Positions 30,034-39,850 of a stretch of DNA of 64,000 nt are shown piece by piece (the stretch's first letter is position 1; each line of letters opens with the position of its first letter). The stretch is from Bacteroidota bacterium (GTDB taxonomy: Bacteria > Bacteroidota > Bacteroidia > Chitinophagales > BACL12), in contig JADKEK010000003.1 of NCBI GenBank assembly GCA_016718035.1, positions 200,292-264,291 of the forward strand, written 5' to 3'. The position numbers and the translations under genes are program-made. The notes beneath the pieces were generated by a model. That model saw only the letters and a list, made by a program, of their open reading frames with translations, searched no databases and was not told where the DNA came from.

Positions 30034-31950
30034 ATGTGCGGAATAGCAGGTCTCATTAAAACATCCGGTAACAATTCGAATTTTCGAGAAGCATTTAAAA
30101 ATATGCAACATCGTGGTCCTGATGCTACGGGTATTTACGAAGATGATGAATTAATTCTAGGCAACCACCGATTAAAGATTCAGGACATCAGCGACAACGG
30201 CAACCAGCCACTTTTCGATGCCACTAACAGATATGCCATTGTTTTTAATGGTGAGATATATAATCATCTGGATATCAGGAATAAATTAAGTGGTTATAAT
30301 ATCCAATATGTCAGCTCATCAGATACAGAGACCTTGTTATATGGTTTTATTCATTTCGGTGAGCAAATATTAGCTGAGTTAAATGGAATTTTTTCTTTCG
30401 TAATTTACGACAAAGTAAAAAAACAGTTATTTGGTGCCAGAGACCAAATTGGTGTAAAACCGTTTTACATTTATTCCAAACAAAATACGTTTGCATTTGC
30501 TTCAGAATTAAAAACCCTGGTTGCATTAGATAATTTCGACAAAACCATTAATTATCCTGCTCTAGCTAATTACATGAATTATTTATGGTCACCGGGGGAA
30601 GCAACACCATTTCTTTATGTAAATAAACTATTACCCGGCGAATGTTTCACTATTAATCTTAACGAACCGGGTAACCTGAATAGAAAAAAATATTATGAAA
30701 TCAATTTTGATGGAAAACGCAACAACCAGGATGAAGCCGCCTGGACAACTTCCGTTGATCAAAAAATAAAACAATCACTTAAGTCGCAGCTCATTTCGGA
30801 TGTACCTGTTGGATTTTTCCTTTCAGGCGGAATAGACTCTTCATTGCTTGTTGGTCAGGCCAAATCAATAATGCCAAACGAGCAAATACATTGTTTCACC
30901 ATTAAAAATTCGAACGGCGACCATCAGGATGGATTTGAAGATGATTTTAAGTATTCAAATGAAGTGTCAAAAGCATTAGGTACAAAATTGCATGTAGTTG
31001 ATGGCGGAATTGATGTATTACACGATTTCGATAAGATGATTTGGCATTTAGATGAACCCCAATCCGACTTGGCACCAATTTATGTTGCAAAAATTTGTGA
31101 ACATGCAAAACAAGAAGGTTTTAAGGTTCTAATTAGTGGAACAGGTGGCGATGATGTATTTTCCGGATATCGAAGACATCAGGCTATAGTAACCGATAAG
31201 TTTACCAAACATATTCCAAACGGGGTTTATCAATTCGCAGCCAAAATTATTGGTTCAGGTAATTCCAACCACCCAACTGTGCGTAGAATAAATAAACTCA
31301 TTAAACATAAAAATGACGATGCATTAACACGATTAGTTGGATATTTTGAATGGTTCCCGATTATGGAGCATCTGGATTTATTCCATGATGATATCCAATC
31401 ACAAGTCGTCAACAATAATCCCTCCGATTACATGCTGAAATTGTTGGATAATGTAAACAATGAGCAGGATTTACTCAATAAAATGTTATACCTTAAATTA
31501 AAAACTTTCCTGGTAGATCATAATCTCAATTATACTGATAAAATGGGCATGTCAGCAGGTGTAGAAGTGAGGGTTCCCTATTTAGATATTGATTTGATAG
31601 CAATGAGCACTCAAATTCCAACTAAACTAAAAGTACATAATTTTCAAACTAAATATTTATTAAGACGCATTGCCGCACAACATTTACCGCAGTCAATAAT
31701 TAATCGTCCGAAAACAGGATTCGGCGCTCCTATTCGTAACTGGGTAACTAATGAAATGGCTACTATGGTGAATGAGCGATTATCTGCAAGTGAATTGAAT
31801 AAATATCATATTTTCAATCCTGTAGCCGTGCAAAAATTAATCAACGATAACAAATCAGGTCGCATTGACGGAGCCTATACAATAATTTCAATTATGGCTA
31901 TCCAAAGTTGGATGTCACAGTTTTATGATAACGACAATCTACATAATTAA
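30034..31950 (+). CDS. Asparagine synthase (glutamine-hydrolysing)-like amidotransferase
   Basis: N-terminal MCGIAG Ntn nucleophile and the PP-loop FLSGGIDSS. Confidence 0.9.
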   Translation: MCGIAGLIKTSGNNSNFREAFKNMQHRGPDATGIYEDDELILGNHRLKIQDISDNGNQPLFDATNRYAIVFNGEIYNHLDIRNKLSGYNIQYVSSSDTETLLYGFIHFGEQILAELNGIFSFVIYDKVKKQLFGARDQIGVKPFYIYSKQNTFAFASELKTLVALDNFDKTINYPALANYMNYLWSPGEATPFLYVNKLLPGECFTINLNEPGNLNRKKYYEINFDGKRNNQDEAAWTTSVDQKIKQSLKSQLISDVPVGFFLSGGIDSSLLVGQAKSIMPNEQIHCFTIKNSNGDHQDGFEDDFKYSNEVSKALGTKLHVVDGGIDVLHDFDKMIWHLDEPQSDLAPIYVAKICEHAKQEGFKVLISGTGGDDVFSGYRRHQAIVTDKFTKHIPNGVYQFAAKIIGSGNSNHPTVRRINKLIKHKNDDALTRLVGYFEWFPIMEHLDLFHDDIQSQVVNNNPSDYMLKLLDNVNNEQDLLNKMLYLKLKTFLVDHNLNYTDKMGMSAGVEVRVPYLDIDLIAMSTQIPTKLKVHNFQTKYLLRRIAAQHLPQSIINRPKTGFGAPIRNWVTNEMATMVNERLSASELNKYHIFNPVAVQKLINDNKSGRIDGAYTIISIMAIQSWMSQFYDNDNLHN

Positions 31951-33828
31951 TTGAATTTTCGCAGATACATTGATTTTCTAAATAACATGGGCATTCCCTA
32001 TGTTTTAGATAGAAGTCTTTATAGCTTAAAACAAAAATCAGGATCTTTAAAACATACATTAAACATTACACCAGTTAGTAGTTTCCCGCTTACCGGAAAT
32101 TCATGGGTTAATAACAGGGGTCAATTTTTATTTCAGGATAAAACAGCCCTCACCGGTCTACAAGCACCAACAGAAACATTAAAAAATAAAGCGTCAGCAA
32201 TTTTTTCAGGCAAATTACCCTATTTTAATTATCACTATTTTGATATTCCGGAAACAAACAGGTGGCATGTTCATCCGTTAACCGGATATCATTACCCAAA
32301 TAACATTTATTATTTCAACATCAATGATTTTGCAGAGGAACAGGACATAAAATATGTGTGGGAAGCTTCCAGGTTTTGTTATATCTACGATATCATTAGG
32401 TACGATTACCATTTTCAGGAAAATCAATTTGATTTTATATTCAAAGAAATCACTTCTTGGATACACAATAATCCGCTCAACTACGGCCCGAATTATATGT
32501 CCGGGCAGGAAGTTGCCATTCGGTTATTAAACTGGTGTTTTTGTATCAATTATTATGCGAATGAAATTGCCAACAATGAAACGCTTTGGCAAGAAGTAAT
32601 GTCTTCTGTTTACGAACAACTTAAACATATAGAGGCGAATTTATTTTTTTCACAAAAATTTGTCCGCAACAACCATCTAATATCAGAAGCCACTTGCCTA
32701 TTTGTTTATAGCCTGCTGTTCCCAGCATTACCGGAATCTGCCAAATGGCAAAACAAATCAAAACAAATATTGGAGCAGGAAGCACAATTTCAAATATTTA
32801 ATGATGGCAGCTACCTGCAATATTCAATGAATTACCATCGTGTCATCATCCAACTTTACAACTGGGTGATTAAAATTGGCAATCTAAATAAGGTGAAATT
32901 CAGTGATGCCTTTATCAGTCAAATTAAAAAGTCATTACAATTTTTAGTTCAAAACACAGACCCTTTAAGTGGTTACACACCAAATTACGGAGCAAACGAC
33001 GGATCCTTAATTTTTCCATTAAACGATAACGATTATCGTGATTTCAGACCACAATTGCAATCGCTTGCACATACATTACACCTAAATTTATACGAAGAGA
33101 TTTTTGAGGATACTTGCTGGGTAAATAATAAAAGCGATTTCAACTTCAGCGAAACATTACAGCAACAAAAAATCAACCAGTTCCCCACAGGAGGTTACTA
33201 TAATTTCAGCGATGCTGAAACATTTACCTTTATCAGATGTGGCAGCCATATTAGAAGACCTTCACAGGCCGACAATTTGCACTTAGACCTTTGGTATCAA
33301 TCACAAAATATCATGAGAGATGGAGGCACTTATGTTTACAATGGGGAATCATCAGTACGGCAGTATTTTTTTGGCACACAGTCTCACAATACAATAAAAA
33401 TTGGCAACTACGATCAAATGCTAAAAGGTTCGCGGTTTATTTGGTATTATTGGTCTAAATTAATTACGGCAGATTTAATTGAAAGCGATGATGCATTTAT
33501 TTTTAATGGCAGTATAAAGGCATTCGCCTTAAAAGGTAAATGGGCCACACATTCACGTAAAGTAATCAAACAAAAAAAATCCGTTGCTTGGGAAGTAACA
33601 GATAGTATAAGTAATCATAACAATTTACCGATCACGCAAATTTGGAACCCAGGGCCACAGTTTAAAGCACAATTTGACATTGATGCAATTGATGCGAATA
33701 ACAATTCAATTACACCAGTTTATGAAAAAGGATATTTTTCAAACACTTATGGCCATATTGAAGAAATACAACAAATACTTTTTTGCACAAATAGTAATAC
33801 AATAACCACCCGAATTACATTAAAATAA
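31951..33828 (+). CDS. Heparinase II/III-fold (alginate-lyase-like) protein, cytoplasmic
   Basis: RNNHLISEA (N-terminal toroid NH motif) and ADNLHLDLW...RDGGTYVY (C-terminal sandwich domain). No signal peptide. TTG start directly after the asnB-like stop. Confidence 0.7.
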   Translation: MNFRRYIDFLNNMGIPYVLDRSLYSLKQKSGSLKHTLNITPVSSFPLTGNSWVNNRGQFLFQDKTALTGLQAPTETLKNKASAIFSGKLPYFNYHYFDIPETNRWHVHPLTGYHYPNNIYYFNINDFAEEQDIKYVWEASRFCYIYDIIRYDYHFQENQFDFIFKEITSWIHNNPLNYGPNYMSGQEVAIRLLNWCFCINYYANEIANNETLWQEVMSSVYEQLKHIEANLFFSQKFVRNNHLISEATCLFVYSLLFPALPESAKWQNKSKQILEQEAQFQIFNDGSYLQYSMNYHRVIIQLYNWVIKIGNLNKVKFSDAFISQIKKSLQFLVQNTDPLSGYTPNYGANDGSLIFPLNDNDYRDFRPQLQSLAHTLHLNLYEEIFEDTCWVNNKSDFNFSETLQQQKINQFPTGGYYNFSDAETFTFIRCGSHIRRPSQADNLHLDLWYQSQNIMRDGGTYVYNGESSVRQYFFGTQSHNTIKIGNYDQMLKGSRFIWYYWSKLITADLIESDDAFIFNGSIKAFALKGKWATHSRKVIKQKKSVAWEVTDSISNHNNLPITQIWNPGPQFKAQFDIDAIDANNNSITPVYEKGYFSNTYGHIEEIQQILFCTNSNTITTRITLK

Positions 33829-33832
33829 CACC

Positions 33833-35131
33833 ATGCATATCTTATTGATACATCAATATTTTCAGGAAACAGATGATCCGGGAGGTATGCGCTGGAATGC
33901 CATGGCTAAATTATGGGTTGAACAGGGCCATACTATCACCGTAATTGCTGGGATGACACATTATGCAAAGGGCACTCGCAATCCTAAATACAATAATAAA
34001 TATGTTGTTGTGGACGACTTTGCTCCGGGTATAAAAGTGATTAGAACACATGTTTCCCGTTCATATAACAATAACTTCAGGGGCAGAATGAATGCCTATT
34101 TTGCATTTGTATTTTCAGGAACAATTGGTGGTTTACTAAAAGCAAAAGATAAATACGATTGTATTATTGTTAGTTCACCTCCTTTAACTGCAGGCATCAC
34201 TGCATTAATATTAAAGTTTTTCAAACGTTTACCTTTTGTTTTTGAAATTCGGGACTTATGGCCTGAGTCAGCAATCGATACGGGTGTGCTCACCAATAAA
34301 ACAATTATAAAATTTGCATTACTGTTGGAGCGAAGATTATACAAAAGTGCTTCATTGATAAATGTGTTAACGCCTGCAATGAAAAATAGTTTGATTACTA
34401 AAAAAGGAGTTGCAGAAAATAAGATAATTTATTTCCCCAATGCTGCGGATTTTGAATTAAGTGAACACCTAATTACTAACGCTACAACAAATTCTCTAAG
34501 AAAAGAACTTGACTTGCCAACAGACAAATTAATTGTATGTTATGTAGGCGCCCATGGTGTTGCCAACCATTTAATTCAAATTTTAGATGCAGCAGTGCTA
34601 ATAAAAAATGAGCCCATTATATTTTTATTGTTGGGAGATGGTATGCAAAAAGCAACATTGCAGGAAATAGCCACACAACGTAATTTATCTAACGTTGTTT
34701 TTCGTCCGGCAGTACCGAAAGGAGAAGCAATGAAATATATTTTGGCCAGCGATATCGGAATGTCCATCCTAAAAAAAGCGGAAACATTTAAAACAGTATT
34801 CTCCAATAAAACATTTGACTATATGGCTTGTAAAAAGCCGATAATTTTAGGAATAGATGGTGTTTCCAGAGAATTGCTAGCCACTGCTGATGCTGGTATA
34901 TATGTTGAACCCGAAAACCCTGAAGCGCTTGCAAACGCTGCAATACATTATTTACACAATCGCGAATTAATATTTACTCACGGTGAAAACGGATATCGTT
35001 TTGTCAAAGCTAATTTTGATAGAACGATTTTAGCTACAAATTATATTCAGACCCTAAGTAATTTCTTTGACAAAAAACCGGTACAATCAACCGTGCAAAA
35101 AGCCTCTACAAATGTACCTCAGGCTGATTAA
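33833..35131 (+). CDS. Glycosyltransferase family 4, WbuB-like
   Basis: MHILLIHQYF...PGGMRW N-terminus, EIRDLWPES, and a C-terminal GT-B motif. Confidence 0.85.
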   Translation: MHILLIHQYFQETDDPGGMRWNAMAKLWVEQGHTITVIAGMTHYAKGTRNPKYNNKYVVVDDFAPGIKVIRTHVSRSYNNNFRGRMNAYFAFVFSGTIGGLLKAKDKYDCIIVSSPPLTAGITALILKFFKRLPFVFEIRDLWPESAIDTGVLTNKTIIKFALLLERRLYKSASLINVLTPAMKNSLITKKGVAENKIIYFPNAADFELSEHLITNATTNSLRKELDLPTDKLIVCYVGAHGVANHLIQILDAAVLIKNEPIIFLLLGDGMQKATLQEIATQRNLSNVVFRPAVPKGEAMKYILASDIGMSILKKAETFKTVFSNKTFDYMACKKPIILGIDGVSRELLATADAGIYVEPENPEALANAAIHYLHNRELIFTHGENGYRFVKANFDRTILATNYIQTLSNFFDKKPVQSTVQKASTNVPQAD

Positions 35132-35734
35132 ACCTTTTTTCGACGTTTTATTCGCTTTTATAGGCATCATTTTATGTTTGCCTTTATTTATTGTTATTAG
35201 CTTGTATTGTGCCATCAATTTTAATGGCCAAGTATTTTTTACACAACAACGCATTGGTAAAAACGAAAAAGTGTTCATCATTTATAAATTTATTACCATG
35301 CATCCGCCTACCGGTAAATACAAAGATAAATCGGATGCAGCAAGACTGACAAAAGCAGGCGCTTTATTACGACTTACTTCTTTAGATGAATTACCACAAC
35401 TGTTTAATATTATTTCCGGTAAAATGAGTTGGGTAGGACCTCGACCATTGTTGCCTGAATATTTACCTTTTATACTACTGAGGAAAAGAAACGGCATCAT
35501 GTAAAACCCGGAATAACCGGCTTAGCACAAATAAATGGCCGCAACTTAGTAGGCTGGGATGAGCGCTTACGTCTTGATGCAGAGTATGCTGATAAAGTGA
35601 ATTTATTGCTAGATATAAAAATCGTGTTTCGTACAGCGATTTATATTATTCAACGACGTGATGTAGTAGCTAACCCACAATCAGTATTGCAACCTTTGCA
35701 TATAGTCAGAAAATTAAATCCCCCTAACAAATAA
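35112..35734 (+). pseudogene. Small PglC/WcfS-type initiating phosphoglycosyl transferase (Bac_transf family), interrupted by a 1-nt frameshift
   Basis: Frame A gives IKPFFDVLFAF...YKF.TM...LDELPQLFN...GPRPLLPEYLPF and stops at 35504. The conserved continuation YTTEEKKRHHVKPGITGLAQINGRN...LDIKIVFRT runs in the -1 frame to 35734. The junction is at a T4 run (35468-35471). Confidence 0.8.
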
Positions 35735-35741
35735 TTTTATT

Positions 35742-36875
35742 ATGGAAAACGAACGTATTTATTTATCTCCGCCTCATATGGGAGGTACAGAGTTAGCATA
35801 CATTCAAAATGCATTTGATACTAATTGGATTGCACCATTAGGTCCTCATGTTGATGCATTTGAAAATAACCTGTCAGGGTTTCTGCAGGTAAAGGCTTGC
35901 GCCGCATTGTCTTCAGGAACCGCAGCATTGCACCTGGCATTAATACAACTGAATGTGCAACAAAGTGATTACGTAATTTGCCCTACGTTTACTTTTTCAG
36001 CATCGGCAAATCCCATATTATACCAAAAAGCAATTCCTGTATTTGTAGATAGTGAAAAAGAAACATGGAATATGGACCCGGAATTATTAGAAGAAGCAGT
36101 CCAATTTTGTTTGCGTCAAAATAAAAAACCGAAAGCAATAATTGTAGTACATTTATATGGTATGCCGGCTAAATTAAAAGCCATTCAAAAAATAGCTGAT
36201 GACCATGGTATCCCCATAATTGAAGATGCTGCCGAATCGTTAGGTTCAACATATTATGGCAAACATACGGGTTCATTTGGCACATTTGGCATATTATCAT
36301 TTAATGGAAATAAAATAATTACTACTTCGGGTGGTGGCGCATTGGTGTCATCTAATTTAGAAGCGATAAAAAAAACCCGTTTTCTTGCAACTCAGGCACG
36401 TGACCCTGCTCCTCATTATCAGCATTCCACAATAGGCTACAATTATCGTATGAGTAATATTTGTGCAGCTATTGGGAGAGGTCAAATGGAAGTACTTTCT
36501 AATAGAGTAGATAGCCGTAAAAAGAATTTCAATTATTATCAATCCCGTTTATCAGTTTTACCAGCTATTACATTTTTACCTGAACCTGAAAATGTTTCAT
36601 CCAACCGTTGGTTAACTACTATTCAAATAGACAGCACTCAAACAAGTGCAACACCAAATACCATTAGACTTGCATTAGAATCATTAAATATAGAATCACG
36701 ACCACTTTGGAAGCCGTTACATTTGCAACCGATATTTGCCCAGTTCCCATCTTTTGTAGCTGATATCAGCACTAATTTATTCTTCAATGGCCTGTGTCTT
36801 CCCTCCGGGTCTGCTTTAACTGAAGCGCATTTAGACCGAATCTGCAGTAGCGTTGAAGCTACAATCGGCTCATAA
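35742..36875 (+). CDS. DegT/DnrJ/EryC1-family PLP-dependent sugar aminotransferase (PglE/WcfR-like)
   Basis: The N-terminal IYLSPPHMGG and SFNGNKIITTSGGGAL (PLP lysine region) match the family. Confidence 0.9.
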   Translation: MENERIYLSPPHMGGTELAYIQNAFDTNWIAPLGPHVDAFENNLSGFLQVKACAALSSGTAALHLALIQLNVQQSDYVICPTFTFSASANPILYQKAIPVFVDSEKETWNMDPELLEEAVQFCLRQNKKPKAIIVVHLYGMPAKLKAIQKIADDHGIPIIEDAAESLGSTYYGKHTGSFGTFGILSFNGNKIITTSGGGALVSSNLEAIKKTRFLATQARDPAPHYQHSTIGYNYRMSNICAAIGRGQMEVLSNRVDSRKKNFNYYQSRLSVLPAITFLPEPENVSSNRWLTTIQIDSTQTSATPNTIRLALESLNIESRPLWKPLHLQPIFAQFPSFVADISTNLFFNGLCLPSGSALTEAHLDRICSSVEATIGS

Positions 36876-36998
36876 ACTCCACTTACTTTACACTAAAGTT
36901 TATTTTGTAATTACAAACCAGTAATTTTGGCCTGAACAGCCATCAATTACAGTTTACCCTATTCTTGTTATCCCGAACCATCTCCATGAACCCAAAAG

Positions 36999-38828
36999 TT
37001 GAAGCCATTTATGAGTAACAATTGGAGTAATTATATAAATCGGGAATTCGGCACGCGCATTATTTCAAAATGGGTGGTATTTATTTTTGATATTGTTATT
37101 ACTCTTTTTACCTATGGAGTTGCCTATACATTAAGATATAATTTTAATACTTCTGCTGTTTCGTTTGATGTATTTATTGAAGACATCATTTTAACCATTC
37201 TCGTTTACGCAATAAGTTTTTTATCTTTTAAATCTTATGATGGCATTATTCGCCATTCCGGTGTAGCTGATGCGCTTCGGATAATTAAAGCCGGATTAAT
37301 GGCAATAATTATACTTATTGTATTATCTACAATAAGTAAAGTGTATGACTTCAGCTTTGGCATAACACCTATTGCTATTGCCATTATTCATTTGGTAATA
37401 AATGTTTCTATTTTAGTGTTTAGTCGGTATGGAATCAAAGTATTTTTTTATGAAGTTAACCGGAATAAAATAAGCAAAATTCCGGTGGCCATTTACGGAG
37501 CCGGCCGTCGTGGACTAAGCGTTTTCCAAGCCATTAAAAATGATTCGGAGTCAAATTTCGTAGTAGCTGCTTTTTTAGATGACAACGATACCAAACTCAA
37601 TAAAACCATAGAAGGAGTTAAAATATTTTCTCCTAAAAAAATGGAAGCAGTAATTCACAGGTATCAGATACAACAGCTCATTATCGGTATTCATGAGATT
37701 GAACCACAGAAAAAAAATGATATTGTAGCCATTTGTTTCGAGCACCAGGTAAGCGTAAAATCAGTGCCGCCGGTGGCAAACTGGATTAATGGTCAGCTTA
37801 GTTTAAAACAATTAAAAAATATCAATATTGAAGATTTGCTTGGTCGTGAACCAATTTTGCTGGAAAACGAACAAATTCATCAAACATTATCGGGTAAACG
37901 CATTATGGTTACCGGTGCAGCCGGATCAATAGGCAGTGAGTTGGTAAAACAAATAATTAAATACGCACCAAAGCAACTCATTTTAATTGATCAGGCTGAA
38001 AGTCCTTTGTTTGATTTAAAAATGGATTTATTATTTGCAGAGCAATTGCGGTTGCATACCCAGGTTGCTTTTATAGTTTGCGATATTACTAACCAGTCGA
38101 GATTGGAAAAAATATTTGCAACATATCATCCTGAAATGATTTTTCACGCTGCTGCATACAAACATGTTCCGTTAATGGAAGATAATGTTTACGAAGCAGT
38201 AGACGTAAATATTTTTGGCTCAAAAAATTTAATTGATCTAGCCTTAAAACACAAAGTAGAAAAGTTTGTCATGATTTCGACAGACAAAGCGGTTAACCCA
38301 ACCAATGTGATGGGAGCAACTAAAAGAGCTGCGGAAGTATATGTTCAGTACAAATCAAAATTATCACCATCCAATCCGGTTTTTATTACAACCCGTTTTG
38401 GTAATGTATTAGGTAGTAATGGCTCGGTAGTTAATTATTTCAGTAAACAAATAGCCCAGGGCGGACCATTAACTATTACCCATCCGGAAGTTACCCGTTA
38501 CTTCATGACCATTTCAGAGGCTTGTCAGCTAGTTTTAGAAGCGGCAACTATGGGTAAAACCAGCGAACTGTATCTGTTTGATATGGGAAACCCGGTAAAA
38601 ATTATCGATTTGGCCCGTAAAATGGTGCTTTTAAGCGGTTTGGAGCCCGAAACGGATATACCATTTGTTTACACAGGATTACGTCCCGGTGAAAAATTAC
38701 ATGAGGAATTATTGAACACGAACGAAAATACCTTACCTACCCATCATCACAAAATCAAGGTTGCTCTGACAGCCGAATATAGCCCCGAAATTGTGGAATT
38801 CATATCTCTTCGCTTCAAAACGCCCTGA
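36999..38828 (+). CDS. Membrane-anchored UDP-HexNAc 4,6-dehydratase (CapD/PglF/WbpM family); the 3' end is apparently frameshifted
   Basis: Four N-terminal TM segments, a first Rossmann YGAGRRG, the SDR core VTGAAGSIGSEL, and the YKHVP / STDKAV catalytic region. The likely start is ATG 37011. A conserved-looking C-terminal tail continues in the -1 frame to 38953. Confidence 0.85.
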   Translation: MKPFMSNNWSNYINREFGTRIISKWVVFIFDIVITLFTYGVAYTLRYNFNTSAVSFDVFIEDIILTILVYAISFLSFKSYDGIIRHSGVADALRIIKAGLMAIIILIVLSTISKVYDFSFGITPIAIAIIHLVINVSILVFSRYGIKVFFYEVNRNKISKIPVAIYGAGRRGLSVFQAIKNDSESNFVVAAFLDDNDTKLNKTIEGVKIFSPKKMEAVIHRYQIQQLIIGIHEIEPQKKNDIVAICFEHQVSVKSVPPVANWINGQLSLKQLKNINIEDLLGREPILLENEQIHQTLSGKRIMVTGAAGSIGSELVKQIIKYAPKQLILIDQAESPLFDLKMDLLFAEQLRLHTQVAFIVCDITNQSRLEKIFATYHPEMIFHAAAYKHVPLMEDNVYEAVDVNIFGSKNLIDLALKHKVEKFVMISTDKAVNPTNVMGATKRAAEVYVQYKSKLSPSNPVFITTRFGNVLGSNGSVVNYFSKQIAQGGPLTITHPEVTRYFMTISEACQLVLEAATMGKTSELYLFDMGNPVKIIDLARKMVLLSGLEPETDIPFVYTGLRPGEKLHEELLNTNENTLPTHHHKIKVALTAEYSPEIVEFISLRFKTP

Positions 38829-39048
38829 AATCGGGTGATACAACGGATATTGTGACAGCATTAAAACATATGATACCTGAGTTTATAAGTCAAAACTCCG
38901 ATTTTGAGCACCTTGATGCAACCAAATCTGACAAATTGCCTGTCACCAATTAACTTACATTGCCAGAATTGGTGCTTTTGTAATCATGCCGAAACCCTAT
39001 ATTTGTCGGCTAATTAAATTTACATTCAGGTTTAGTTAAAGCGTTAAC

Positions 39049-39840
39049 ATGTTGACCAGAGCACACTATAGGAATACGATTTTCAAAATACTACTTTTGA
39101 TTTTGATAGCATCGCCTTTGTTTCAGGCATGTGGCATCATTAACCCTAATCGAATGCTAGATGCAGACAAAGAATATATCGGCGCAAGCTTTCTCAATAC
39201 AAGCACGCCTGATTTTACAATTGCTCAAGGCGATATTGTTCAGGTTTTAGTATTTACAAAAAATGGATATGCCTTAGTTGAACCGCAAATTAGTACTCAA
39301 AACAATGGAAATACCCCGGAAACAAATAGTGTTCCTCTTGATTATTCGATTGATATAAACGGCGAAGCAAATTTACCTTTGGTTGGACATGTAAAACTTG
39401 CAGGTTTAACTATAAGAGAAGCAGAAACATTCCTTGCTCAAAAGTATGCTTCAAATTATATCGACCCATTTGTTAATGTAAAAATTACCAATAAATATAT
39501 TACGGTATACAGAGGTGGCACTGACGCCAGACAAGTAATCCTTTCCCGGCCTGATATGACAATTTTAGAAGCGATAGGTGCTGCAGGTGGTGTGCCTGAA
39601 AATGGTAAAGCCTCTACAATTACTGTGATACGCAAAATTGATGGTCAACCCCAAACCGAAATAATTGACCTTTCTGAAATTGAAAGCATAGCAAAAGCCA
39701 ACACTGTTGTAATGCCAAATGATGTAATATATGTTGAGCCGGCATTTAACGCTTCTATAGTTAGAGAAGTTGCACCAATACTTAGTGCATTTTCAAGTAT
39801 TGTTCTTATTTATGTTTCGTTAGTTAATTTAAATAGATAA
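39049..39840 (+). CDS. wza: Wza-type polysaccharide export outer membrane lipoprotein
   Basis: Lipobox LFQAC, a Poly_export segment (FTIAQGDIVQVLVF) and SLBB-like ILEAIGAAGGV. Confidence 0.85.
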   Translation: MLTRAHYRNTIFKILLLILIASPLFQACGIINPNRMLDADKEYIGASFLNTSTPDFTIAQGDIVQVLVFTKNGYALVEPQISTQNNGNTPETNSVPLDYSIDINGEANLPLVGHVKLAGLTIREAETFLAQKYASNYIDPFVNVKITNKYITVYRGGTDARQVILSRPDMTILEAIGAAGGVPENGKASTITVIRKIDGQPQTEIIDLSEIESIAKANTVVMPNDVIYVEPAFNASIVREVAPILSAFSSIVLIYVSLVNLNR

Positions 39841-39850
39841 TTTTCAGGGC

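Noticed and set aside
31951-33828. The heparinase II/III-fold gene as evidence of a glycosaminoglycan-degrading PUL
   Set aside because: There is no SusC/SusD pair and no sulfatases or other catabolic genes. The protein has no signal peptide and is embedded, with 0-4-nt gaps, in a biosynthetic operon.
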